Source: Rotaria socialis
Taxonomy: Eukaryota
Length of the DNA stretch: 64,000 bases
Assembly: GCA_905331295.1 (NCBI GenBank)
Contig: CAJNYD010000074.1
Coordinates: 1-64,000 of the forward strand
Reading direction: 5' to 3'
This document shows positions 51,201 to 64,000 of the stretch, one piece after another. Position numbers and translations under genes: made by a program. The notes under the pieces are model-generated. The model was not told the origin of the DNA and did no database searches. It saw only the letters and a program-made list of their open reading frames with translations. Each line of letters starts with the position of its first letter. Positions within the stretch are counted from its first letter, which is position 1.

Positions 51201-51653
51201 CACTTTTTGATAGTGTATACGTTATTGAACCATATGATCTTCAATTTCCCTCGAATATTGAAGTCGATATTCCTTTTACAGAATTTAACAATGACGAAGG
51301 CAATGTCGACGTTCTTCAATTTGAACCTCAATATGGTGTCTATTTAAAATTACCTAGAACACTCGATTCAAATACTCGTATGCTTAAATTTCAATCAAAT
51401 ACAGGTGGTATTTTTGTATTTGTTAAAAAGCCGCCAAGCGTAAGTTTATAATTGACATCATTGCTTTTAATGATTGCGTTTTGTTTGAAATTGTTTTTAG
51501 CCAATATGGATCGCTGGTATTATTATACCGGTTGTATTAATATTTATTATTATTATCTCAACAATAGTTTATTTCAAATTAAGTCCAACTAGGTATTCAG
51601 CCATTAAAGATGAATTATCAAAAACAAAACGCTCATTTTTTTCACGCATTTAA
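48219..51653 (+). CDS. DD3-3-like type I membrane protein, many short exons
   Basis: Signal peptide then [137 protein letters not shown] segment [19 protein letters not shown] near the end. Confidence 0.85.
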
Positions 51654-54213
51654 TTTCTTAATAATGTATATTAACAAATCTTTTTTTATTTTTATTTTAC
51701 TATTAACAATCTATTTTTGTTTCCAAAAGTTTTCTTATTAATAATGTTGATAAATTAACATTCATGTTATTTTATAATTCAATAAATACAGTGAAGCCAA
51801 TTTAAATTGTTCAATGAGCATAAAAAAGGCAGGAACCGAAAGTGACGAATTTTTTTCTTGAATCAGAAAACTATTAACTGAGCAATGTGAAATGAGAAAT
51901 CTTTTAAGTCGCAGTTATTTTCCACAAGTAATCATTCATCATGGAATGATCTGTCTTACTTATTTCTGTATGCCGAACAGAAGTTTTATGTTTATTTACT
52001 ACTGGTCTATTTTTGGTAAGTTCATTTTTCTTAGTGATTTCAATACTTTAGTTTATATTATATGACGACCGAAGAGAGTTAATGTGTTACTACCCATTAT
52101 TTCTGACAACAACTTCAATAGATATTTTTATCTAATCGAGAGTCACAAATACTGCACTATGTGGCACATTCAGAAGCTTATTTCAACCAGTTTGGTCTCT
52201 AGAATATTGTTGATATTTTCCCTTTGATCATCAAAAGAGTGAAAATAAGAAGAATGAAAAGTTATTCGTCCTTGATTACTAAGGAAATGTACTGTGTGAC
52301 TGTTTTCTTTTACCAGTCTACTCTGGAAAAACACTTGCACGTGTCTAAACGTCTAGGGAGGTGGACTGAAAAAATTTCAAGTGTAATCTTCATTGACTAT
52401 TTCCTTTGAAAATACGGGTGGATCATATTAATAAAAACGACATTTTGATGGTTTCTAAATGGTTAGAGCATTTCGCATAATGATCTATTTGGTCCTTACG
52501 TTGTTCGCTAAGAGTGAAATGTGAAACAAAACTTTTCGAGCTTTAAAGTTTCACTTGATAGACGTAATAATGAATGTTATGGCGTGGCATTTTTTCGATA
52601 GAAAATTAGTACTGGAGAAAATGAAAGAAACAATACTTCTGGGCAGATTTTATCTAGATCTCACATATGTTTTACGTGTACATAAACCGTTCTACAATCG
52701 ACAATCAAAAACTTCACAACCCTAATTATTCTTGTAAACATAGTGTGCACGATCAACCCATATCATGTAAAGATAGCTAGTTTTTATTAGTCTCAATGGT
52801 TGCGTGAGAGATTTCAAATTTATAACTGAATGGAAGTAAATCTAAGTTAAAAAGAACGATTTAATTTATAAAAATGCTCACTCTTTCATACAATTGAACG
52901 AAGAAAATGTATTCTACAAGAATATTTTCATCATATGTCTCTTGAAATAATCGCCGTATGCACTTTATCTCAGCTTCATTATTATGATTGATTTTCTCGC
53001 ATGTTATTCGTTTGCATATGATCCTTGTGATAATTACCATATTGATAATGAAAGAAATGAAAATACTCTTAAGCAGAAAAGATTCCACATTGATAGAATA
53101 AAAGAATGATGAGAACGCGGCGAGTCACTTCGCTAAGAGACATCCTGTAACGTTACATCAGTATTTCATTTTCAGCTATTAAGAATCTATCGTTTGGTGT
53201 ATGTCATAGAAAAACTTCTCCGAGTTGCAACAACAAAATCTTAATAGATAGTCATCAGATAATTGAAAAGCTATTTTCTTGACAATAGGTGAATTTGACG
53301 GCACCATCATGAACTAAAGTAATGCGAATTTGATGTTTCTCGATGATGACTTCTCGATTGGGTTGTTTTTACATATAACTTTATCCTGGTGGTAAAGTCA
53401 TGTTTTCATGGGTAACAAAGATATAGTAGAAGGGCTAAATCGCGTAATCGTACACAAGCCTACAACAGTATAGTTCCAAAACAATTATCAGAAGAATCTC
53501 ACCAAGCGATAATAAATGTAGCTGATGTCGATTGTTACACTCAAGTGACAAGATTCACAAATACTCAATTAGATCTAATTGTTTGGAAGCAAAGTCCATT
53601 TGATTGACTATTACATATGTCATACAACATAACATTAATAATAGTACAGTCTGCTAGTAGGACAAGTCTGTTATCATATTTATCATAAGAGACTTCTGCA
53701 ATTATTTAAATTATACTCAATAATATAAGAATGTACTAAGATATTTTTATCAAAGAAATTCTACCAGCGACAACGTTATTAAAATGTATAAACTCAAATA
53801 TTTGATTGATACAGTAGTGGATATATTATATAGAAATAATCTCGAACTACGAGTATATATCTATATGCGTATATTTCAAAATATATCGATTAAAAAAAAA
53901 GAAACAAGAAACAAACGTGTTTAAAAAAAGGATCACACTCTGTCTGATTTCTAGTTTTTCAAAATTTGGTTTTGTTTTATTCTTTCCTTCTTTTTTTTTG
54001 CTTCTTTAAAACATAATAAACAATTTGATTGCTGCAAATCTTTTCATTTTCTAGAGATGTATATTAGATGAACTGTCATTGCCGATCGATACGTAATAAA
54101 GTAAACGAAAACAAAAATAAACAAGAGTGAAATACCACATTATTGCACAACAAAATCAAAATAGAGCAGAAAAAATATAAGAAAAAGAGCACGACAACCG
54201 GTATAGATATTAT

Positions 54214-56490
54214 TTAAGCAGCTGATTCGGCTTCTTTTCCGTCAAATGATTGTGGCACGGATCGTTCAATAGAACGTTTTATACTTGCATTTTGACGATC
54301 ATACTTTTGAGAATATAGCCAATCCGTTCTATAGAAAATTTAAAAAATAATTCATGAGATTTAATCAACAAACACCTATATCACGGCAAAGTCAAAAAGA
54401 AAACAAACCACAAATTGACAAGCATTTTGAATACTAATACTAACATAGGGGGGAATCAACATGCATATTTTCTTTCTCAAATCTGCAACTTAATACTTAC
54501 ATATTGATGGTATTAACAACAGATCCCAAAAAATCCGACTCTCGATTGACGTATATCAGATCTGAATAAACATTAGGAAGAAAGATTTTGTTGATACTAA
54601 TACAACGGGAAAAGAATTGCATTGTTTTCCTAATTCGAAATTTACAGACTAAACAACGTACCTAAATACTCGGAGGCAAAATTTAACGCCGAGAATTTTT
54701 CTCTTAAATTTAAGAAGCAGTATTTGACTCTATTCAATGAGTCAAATGTGCGCAAAAAAATAACCTTTTCTCTATCGCATTCAATACTATTTTATATTCC
54801 TGTTTCTATTGTACCCGATCTATTTTGTCTTGTCTAAAATACAACATCATCTCTATCACCAATGAATAAAATAAATACGAATAAACAAATATAGTGAACA
54901 ACACCGAATTTAATGTTTCTAAACAATATGATACCTTTTCTTGCTTTCTTTTCCCTATTGAGAATCCGTATATAATAATGATTTAAAACCTCTAGAGAGA
55001 TATTATCAAATGATTCCAAAATTTAAATGTAATTTATTCAAGTCGATTGAAAATCAAAATTCAAACTTACTGTTCAATGATAAGTGGAATTGTGATAGGA
55101 TTATTAGGAAATTCTCGTTCAAGTTCAGCTATTGTATATACATAGTGAACTTTATGATAGAATTTATTGCTATAAATAAATAAATAAATAAATAAAATAG
55201 CATTTAATACATATAAAACTAAAATAAAATTAGCTATATGATTTTCCATACCTAAAGAAAGGTCGAGAAACAGCAATAACAGTACGCAACCATCTTGTTG
55301 GATGTACAACATAAATACCACGAAGATTTTTACGTAATCTAATGAATGTTTATATAATGAAGAGAATATTTTGATTGAATAAAAGACAAAAACATTTACT
55401 ACCGAAAATTAACCATTTGATAATATTTACGAAGAAATTTGAATTCCGGTGTACGATGTTTTGGTGTGGCTCCATGAAAGTAAACTAATATATAATCATC
55501 GATCACTAATTTTTCCAATTTATGATAAATATAACTATAAAACAAAATAAATGGAATATTGATAATATAAAATGTAGAATTACTAGAAGAGTTGATCCAT
55601 AATATAACGATATTCTCTTAAACGACGATCTGGTAGCCAACAACCATAGATAGCAACAATAGCTGTTTGACTATCTTGTTGTAATTTACCCACTGAACCA
55701 AAAACACATTTAAAAGGTGAAATTGTTTTAGCATCGATATTAATTTGATTATTATCAATCGTACATGAAATCACGCCATTTTCTTCATCCGGATCAATAT
55801 CAGTCAAGTCATTCGATGTTGGACGAAGGATAGCTGTACAAATAGAAAGAAAGAAATATTAAGATTTTTTTCTTCTTTTCTATAGTTAATATTAGATTAA
55901 ATTTCTACACGTATGGTAGTTATTCTTTTTTTTGTGTTCTTTGTCTTCTGTTTATACATGCAATAATATTAATGAATATGTCAACGGAAATTAATCGAGG
56001 TAATTTCCTGAAATATAAACTACATTAGATAAAATATATCTTAGATATAAATCTTCTTTTTCTTTTTTTAGTGTCTAATTTGAGTGTGTGCGCGTATACA
56101 TAGAAACTATAGACTAATGTCATGCATTCGATTCTCTTCTTATCCAATTATTGAAAACATATTTTCTTAGATTCTCTATCTCATACTCACTATTCCTACG
56201 ACTAGTACTTGATTATCTGTCAGATGTTCTTTTTCTCCATTATTACCATGCTCTACAGAGCAATGATAAGAACTTGATATTTATGAATGAATGAAAACAA
56301 AACAAGAAAGTCTACTAGAGATTTTCTTACTACTAGAAAAGAATTACATCGTTCATCGTACGATTGAGTATTGATGCTGTTATTTCAACTAGCAGAGAGA
56401 CCCGCACATATATATTATAATCTTCATTCATAGAACAAATCTCATTTTATTGTCATTAGTTCTTTTTAATATAGCTAATTCAAACGAGAT

Positions 56491-56525
<35 letters not shown>

Positions 56526-59500
56526 CAACATAACTGAGATCTGGAACAATGTTTTTCTTTATTTATTTTACAAACGAATTCTTTACTTTGTTTTTCTTAG
56601 GACAAAATGAATAATCCCATACGAGGAGATAATAATGATAACAATTCATCGTTAAAAAAAACTTTAGTTCTTGGGTTTACACCACTTCTCATTGCTGCAT
56701 TCCTTTACACTATATTAAGTTTGTGCATTCAAATATCAAGATGCTATTCAAATTGGCGTCTGAAAAAACAATTAACTATTTTACGATGTTCAGAACAATG
56801 CCTAGTTGTTTCAAATCCATCATTAGATCGCATTGGCCAACAGTGCAATCCACAAGTCGTTTAATACACAGACCATGATAGATGTACAGTTTCGCATTAT
56901 ATATCAATATAAATGCCATGATGTTGTAGGTGGTAAACACGATGGGGGATATTACATGCAATCGTTTACTTCTCGTTATACCCCTGCTGTATATATATAT
57001 ATATATGTATATATAGATCTATATTTCTGCGGGGATAATGCAGACATACTACTCTACTATCGTTTTTTTTCCTGATGCATCAGGCCTCGTTGTTGTTATT
57101 ATTATTATTGCCTCTTTTTTTTGTATCAACACTTCGTTAACAACATGTCATAGTTAGTAAAGTCAAGAAAATGTCCATTCTATGCAAGTCTTTATCAGAA
57201 AAAAGGGTACCATAGGATCTCAGTGTCTTTCGAATGATTGATACACCAGATAATTGTATAAGTAACTGTTTTCTATGCAATACTATGGAACAATGTTCAC
57301 GTCAATGTATTCGTCGAACATTCTATGCTGTTCTAGTCGGCGTATCGCCCATTGTTCTTTGTTTGTTATTTATTGGTCTGGCGCGTTTAATTTTATATCG
57401 TCTTGAAATGGTTTATTATCGTCGGCAAAAAATAACCGATCGTCGTCCATCCATATTTTCTTGTCACAGTGGGCGTCTAGCACTTTCTTATACACCTGTC
57501 TCCAATGCTGAAATACAACGTATTATTCAAGGCGAATATAAAAGCCAACGAACAAGAGAATCATGCGCATTTGTTTACAATAATCCTACTAATACACGTA
57601 AAGCACCAAGATTTATTAGATCAATATTACCAAGACGTGAATCAGCTTTACCAACATCGAGCATTCTCTCAAATCTTGTTATACGTCGTAGTATATTGGA
57701 TGCAAATCCCATAATGACTCTTCTTCCACCTGTTGACGTACCATTACAACCTACGTTTTCCATAATTAATGAACAAAACAAACAACGCGCAAGTACTGGT
57801 ACGATAACAAAAGACTCAATTGAATCAACAACAACAACAACAACAAAAAGCATAGCAGCAATGAACCATAATAATAATCACAACAATAATGATGGAAATG
57901 TTATGCCTGTGCATGATTTAACGGTATTTGAACCTGAACCAATAGCAAATGATTATTTATTCACTCCATTAAAAACATTGACAACAACAGTTTTTGTTGA
58001 AGAATTTCTTGAATTTCATTCAGTTAGTTCATTGCCATGTGTATCAACTATGCTTAGTTCAATTGCAGAAAATGATAATGAGAAGAATTCAGAAATAAAT
58101 AAAACTATCGAAGAAAAATAATTGATCAGTATTATCAAAGGAATAAAATAATTCCATTTTATATGATCATAATGTTGGACGTAGAGAATGATAATGGATA
58201 AAATGTATATATCAAACTGTCAAGGTTTCTTTCTCGATTATATTTATAAATTTGTATATTCATCCTATGAAATAAATGCATTAACTACGAGTAATACCTA
58301 TTTAAATACATGTTGTCCTTGTTGGATGCTCTTGCCCCTGATTTATGCGACGCAAAAAGTAATCTACTACACTGGCACAATCAATTATACTTTATTTCCA
58401 TGTTTGTCTATCACCTCATCATCCTTCGGAATAAAATACACACAACGAAAAAATTCAAATTAGATGCTTAAAAATTTATTACTAATATAGATGTTCTCTG
58501 ATAATTTTCAGCTGTACGATTTTCACCAAATGCAACATGGTAATATGGAAACATGTCAATCACAAAAAGAAGCCTAATAATAAATCTATATGTATCGAAG
58601 ACGAGAAAATTGTTTACAGAATTTTGATTGATACTAATAAGAAAACCAAACTTCGCCGTTTTATGTTTGATGTGACTGATATAATTAACATATCAAGTAA
58701 ACATAGGCATGCAAATTCAACAGAGAAATATACTGATGTACGCGTGTTAAAAGAATATGTTCATTTGACACTCAAAGTAAAAGAAGAATTTGTATGTTTC
58801 AATAAATCTATCAACAATAATAATAAAACAAAATTTATTAGATTTCCTTTTTCTAATCTTACCTTACATCTGTCTAGAATATCCGATGAATATTTGGTTA
58901 AACAAGAATAAGTAGAAAATATTAGTTTCGAACTACTATGCTATTCTTTAACAATTCATGATTTAATCAAAAGAAAATATTTGATTTAGAAATCTTCATC
59001 AAGACTATAACATCAATATATCCGAGTAAATAATAAATAAATAACTATGAAAAACAGTGAATTCTTCAAGAAAAAAAAACATAAATTACTCTACCTGAAT
59101 CGAACGATCGAAGAATTGGTGCATCTGCATTGCTGAGTAATTTATCATCAGTTGTTGTTTGAACGGTTGGAGTAATTTCTGGATCAGAACGTGAATGTAT
59201 TCTATTTTTTAAATCTATATTAACTCTTGGCGACGACGATAGTGCTGATTTTAATGGAATGTTATCACTTGAAGTAGTGGCTGTGAAAGTAGAGAGATAA
59301 TTTCTAATAATTATAAATCTATGAGACTAGGAAATTGATTACTTGTTTTTTTATTTAGTGGTGGTAAAGGTGGTAATGGTGGTGGTAAGTCTTCACTTTC
59401 TGTTGATGATATGTGACTTTCTGGCTCATGAACTACATGACGTGTCACAACTTCAGTTGTTTTAATAGTATTATTTGTTTCTTTCTCATTCATAAAATCA

Positions 59501-62500
59501 GTAATTCGATCATTAACCATTGAAAAATTTGCCGGTATTTCTTCGTTGTCAGTGTCATCAGCTGAGTCGGTAGTTGAACTTGCTTCTTCTAATGATTCTT
59601 CAAGACTATCTTTTGGTGTTAAAACGGCGACTTTTTCTATATTATCATCAAAACGTACAGTTTTTGTTGAATGTCCTTCAGAATTTTCAGCTGGTTTTTG
59701 TTGTGAAAAATACTTATCATAATTATCATTTTCATTTTCATTTTCATCTTCGTCACTACTCTCTCCATGGTACGTATCTTTTAGTTTTGGTGGTAATGTT
59801 CGTGTTAATGTTGATGTCGGGGAATCCAATGGTACGTTATCATATGAATCAAACTTTTTTTTAATACTATGATGTAGGGTGTTTCCATTTTCTTCACCAC
59901 TATCCTCAAGTTCCCATGGTTCGTCACCATTATTCAAAGCATTTACCGGATCGGATTCTAGTTCAAATGGTATTGTTGACTTTTTCATAGGTGATGTTTC
60001 ATCAGATTGATTATCAACTGCATCTGTAGCTGATGCGTCATCTAATGTATGAAGTAGTTGATCACTAGCATAGGCTTCAAATTCTAACATACGTGATGTA
60101 GTTGCAAAGAACGTAGGTGTTCTTTTCAGCGCATCATCATCATCATCGCTATCGGAACTTGTACTATCATCTTCTTTGTTTGCTGTTGGTTGTGTTGTAT
60201 CAGTGGCAAGTTGATTCTCAGTTGACTTAAAAAATCAAAAACAAATCTTTTATTTTATCGAATCGAATACGACAATGTGTATGTACCGATAAATTTGTTG
60301 ATGCTAAATGAATTTTATCATCAGTGTCTATTGATGGTTGATTCTAAATGTGCCATTCAATAAAATTATTTATATATGTATATAGAAAACAATAAGAAAT
60401 AAATTAAATCAAATGGAAAAAAAATGCACGCGAGCTGAAAGCTTAATAGCGTACTGTGCTCAATCAGTTTACCCATCAACTTAAAAGAATTTTTAAAGTA
60501 AGATAAAAAAAAGAAAAACTTTGTATAATGGATTATGAAAATCATTTACCTTATTTAAAATAGAACTGTGGTCAATATTATTATTATTTCTAACAAATGC
60601 TATTAATGAATATTGCGTTAAATTATTATCTGTTATGACTGTGTCAAAAGGATTTGTAAATAATGAAAATGGTGAAATGGATTCATCAAATGTATTCGAA
60701 TAGAATGATATTGGATCAAAATTATTCTCATCGATGATATTATTCGATATTTGAAATTGTTTAGTCCAAAGACTATCGAATGTTTGATCAAACGGATCTA
60801 GCAGCTGTTCATTTGTTTGAACATCATGATTGATATTCAATTTAAGATTATCAATGGCTAATCTATTATCCTCGTTGTTAACTTCATAAATTGCTTGTGA
60901 TAATATTCGATCAGCGAGATGTTCTGCTTGTCGTTTCGCTTCATTGATTTCATCTAATACGAATTGTACGACATCTGAAACCAATTGTTCAACTAGTAAT
61001 ATAATATCAATATCAACAGAGGATAACATAACATTTTCTTGCTGATTCCTATCGGATTGTTGATGTTCATTATTAGAATGTTCGATTGTATTTAATGGAG
61101 TTGAAGATTGTAAATCATCATTTAAATGACTTATAATCCAATGTAAATATGTTATCAAATCATTGTTATCTGTATTTATAGTAAATAAAGATTCACAAGG
61201 GATTGATCGATTGTGCAGATAATCTGAATTCGTATTGTCGTTGATTGTCATTGCTGTTTGATGTAAACTATCATACATATTTGTATTTCTAATTTGAGAA
61301 TCATCGATTACTAATTGATTTGACAATATTAATGAATCGTTAAATTCATTTGTCGATGTTATAAGCGACGATGATCCATCAGAATCGACCATAATATCAA
61401 CAGAATGGGATTCGTCATCGTTAAGTAATCCAGAAGATGTTAGAGATGTCAAAGAAAAAAATGTCGACGGAAGTTGTCCTCCTTTTCTTTCAAAATTATT
61501 TTCCTTTTGACTTTCATGGCAATGAATAGTATTACTTAGATCTTTGTCATGTTGTTGATTTTTTTCATTTAATAGATTTGTTGTATTTAGGTTTTGATTA
61601 TAATTATCAGACGATAATCGAGGCGTATAAACTAAACCGTGAAGTTGAGCAAGAGTATTTAATAATTCAGAATCATTATCAAATTCATCATCTGAACTCA
61701 TCATTCGATGAAGATTTCTTTGTACTTGTCTATTGCTAACAATATCCTGTATGTTGACGTTCGAACAACTCTCTCCGTCCAGTTTCTCTTCTTTTTTCTC
61801 GAGTATATTACGACAATTGATGCTATCAATATTTTCCTGCTCCTGTTCTTCTCGTTGTACGAGAAGGTGATTGACAGGAATAGCAGCAGTAGTAGTATTA
61901 GACGGATTGTTTGTTGTTTTTATATTAAAAGGATCATACTCTTCGCTGTTCGATACTGATAATGAGGATGATTGCTGACGATATTTGTAATGCTCGATTG
62001 ATTTCCTTTGAATTTTATTCGGAATGCACGGTTGGGCTGATGGTGATGCATCGGACGTATTAATAGAACTATTTTTTTGCTTGGCTAATTCATCGGATGA
62101 CTATCAAAAAAACAAGCAGAAACAAAATAAGCAATAGATAAATTAGTCTTTTATTCTCTTTTTCTATCCTTTTAGGTTAACCGATAGATGGATAATGATG
62201 ACAGCTTCTATCAATACGAGATTACATAATATATACGGATATCTTCTCAATAGGATATAGCAATTGCTGACGAAATATAGAGTACGTACATTTAGCGAGA
62301 AAGAATGAGAATCAAAACCACATGAGAATATAAAAAGATTATTTATCCTTGACTTTTATTGAAGGACTCTTATGTGATTACTATATGGAAAGAACTTACC
62401 TGTTCATTGTCGTATAATACTTCTTCAAATATACTTGGATTATGCATAACAGCCAAAAAGTCATCGTCATTATCATGTTCATTTAGAATATATCTCATAT

Positions 62501-64000
62501 CGATAATATCATGAATAATTTCATTTTGTCTAAGTTGATTTCTCAATTGAGAAAGATTTTCTAATGATATTATAGACAATATTGGTTGATTAGAAGTAAA
62601 TGTTTCTAAATCATTCTCATCATTAAGCAAAGCTATAGGAGCTGATTGAAGTGGTTTTGTTTCATGCATGTCTTCATCAATAGCAATTATAGGTGACTCA
62701 TCCGGAATGGGAGATGATGAATGGGAACGATGATTCTCCTGATATGAAGATTCTGAAGATGATCGTGAACGATGATAATCAAGATTAATTTGTAAGGATA
62801 TATCTTCAATATTGTCAAGATTGGATATATCATTTTCAAAATGAACTTCATCTTCATTATTATTAGAATCAGACGATGTGGAAAGATCATCATGATCCTC
62901 ATCATCTTCGATAAAGATTCGTGCTTGATCATGATAACCAATACTTAAATGTAGCGAATCATTCGAACATCTTGAATTACTACGTGATGAATCAATAAAA
63001 TCTACCTGATCGTGAAGGTTTAAATTTAAAGCTATCGGAAGTGGTGGTAAGAGAGCAGTTGGTCGATTATTTTGAGAAGTTGTTTTTCTAAGAATAAAGT
63101 CATCATTCCATTGTGTGACATCAGCATCTTCTTCTTCATCGTTATTCTTATCGATTTCAGCATGAGCCTTCTCCTCCTCCTCCTCCTCCTCCTCGTCGTC
63201 GTCGTCTTCACGTAAATGTGATGATGATAACAGAGAATCAGGTGATGACGAACATATTGAATCTGATCGATCGAACATATCCATAGGATCAAATAGCATT
63301 TTATTATTATTATCATCATCGTCTTCGTTTTCAGGTTCATTTGGATCATCAATATCAGGAATATTTTTAAATAAAGCTGGCATTATTTCTGATTCATGTT
63401 GTTGTTCATCTGTGAAACCATTTAAAAATAATTCGACATCATCATCGTCGTCACCTTCATTATCATTGTTATCTTCATGAGTATTTTCAAGAGAAGAAGC
63501 AAATATATCTAGTAAATTCTTCTTCTCAGAATGATTGTGTATTAAATCATTATCAAGATTTTTCTTTATCAAAGTAGAACCATATCGAATAGAAATACCA
63601 TCAAAATCATCTTCATCGTCCATATCACTAATGTCTTCGATTGGTATTGTTGATGACTGTAATTCAGATTGAATATCACTAGTATTTGAAATATTATTGT
63701 CTTTGAATGCAGAATTATTATCATTCATTTGTTCTTCTTGATTTGTCTTCACGTCATTCGATGGAAATGTAGAATTAATAAATGCAGCCTGAGTAAATGG
63801 CTCTGAGCTGGTGAATACGAATGAGCCAAATATTGGCGGATATGTTTTTTCACTAATAAGAATTTTTGTAATCGCATCGGAAGATGATTTACTGATCGTT
63901 GATGGATCAGTTTCAAAGATCGAGGGTAAATTAGCATAAAATCTAGTAAGATCTTTAACGTCAGATGCCATATTGCTCATATGAACATTTGTTGCATTCG
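54214..64000 (-). CDS. PRUNE2/BMCC1/caytaxin/BNIP2-like protein: long acidic low-complexity region plus C-terminal BCH (CRAL-TRIO-like) domain; 5' end at or beyond the window edge
   Basis: In-phase exons: to 62400, 62100-60550, 60343-60287, 60226-59343, 59280-59095, 55833-55584, then BCH exons AIVAIYGCWLP..YIMDQLF, DDYILVYFHGATP, LRKNLRGIYVVHPTRWLR, KFYHKVHYVYTIAEL, and a last exon ending EAESAA at 54214. Confidence 0.8.
56496..56524. repeat. (TA)n microsatellite
   Basis: Uninterrupted TATATA run. Confidence 0.9.
56607..56864 (+). CDS. Small single-pass membrane protein (85 aa), nested antisense in an intron
   Basis: ATG in AAAATG context just after a splice acceptor (ttttcttag, 56600); one TM segment LVLGFTPLLIAAFLYTILSLCI followed by basic residues. 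Confidence 0.45.
   Translation: MNNPIRGDNNDNNSSLKKTLVLGFTPLLIAAFLYTILSLCIQISRCYSNWRLKKQLTILRCSEQCLVVSNPSLDRIGQQCNPQVV
57234..58121 (+). CDS. Intronless single-pass membrane protein (295 aa), nested antisense in an intron
   Basis: 888-nt ORF in AT-rich DNA; Cys-rich N-terminus, TM FYAVLVGVSPIVLCLLFIGLA, Ser/Thr/Pro-rich tail with RRPS/RRES/RRS sites; AATAAA at 58142. Confidence 0.7.
   Translation: MIDTPDNCISNCFLCNTMEQCSRQCIRRTFYAVLVGVSPIVLCLLFIGLARLILYRLEMVYYRRQKITDRRPSIFSCHSGRLALSYTPVSNAEIQRIIQGEYKSQRTRESCAFVYNNPTNTRKAPRFIRSILPRRESALPTSSILSNLVIRRSILDANPIMTLLPPVDVPLQPTFSIINEQNKQRASTGTITKDSIESTTTTTTKSIAAMNHNNNHNNNDGNVMPVHDLTVFEPEPIANDYLFTPLKTLTTTVFVEEFLEFHSVSSLPCVSTMLSSIAENDNEKNSEINKTIEEK

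Noticed and set aside
53400..53610. Open stretch YSRRAKSRNRTQAYNSIVPKQ...WKQSPFD
   Set aside because: No start, splice context or recognisable family; may be a decayed fragment.

Overview
AT-rich eukaryotic genomic DNA with short (~50-70 nt) GT-AG introns. The gene families present (degenerate F-box/LRR and ART-TPR genes, several non-metazoan-type genes) suggest a bdelloid rotifer, but this is inference. Bases 1-14.1 kb are a pile of DNA transposons: a DD35D pogo/Fot-like element inserted in an intron of a hAT element, a MULE deletion derivative with a 9-bp TSD, and a foldback hAT MITE with an 8-bp TSD nested in repeats that split an F-box pseudogene. The remainder is gene-dense: a secreted 4x hevein + RlpA/expansin-like DPBB protein, a GABA-A/GRD-like Cys-loop subunit, a solitary 5S rRNA gene, LRGUK, a DMRT93B-like factor, a 6-TM orphan, a mitochondrial phosphate carrier, an ART-TPR pseudogene with a solo LTR, an intron-containing YbaY/YscW-like gene missed by the ORF track, a DD3-3-like gene, and the 3' part of a large PRUNE2/BNIP2-like BCH gene that hosts antisense nested ORFs. 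The most striking items are the putative horizontally acquired genes (hevein-DPBB fusion, YbaY-like). All gene models and family calls were made by eye, with no database search.
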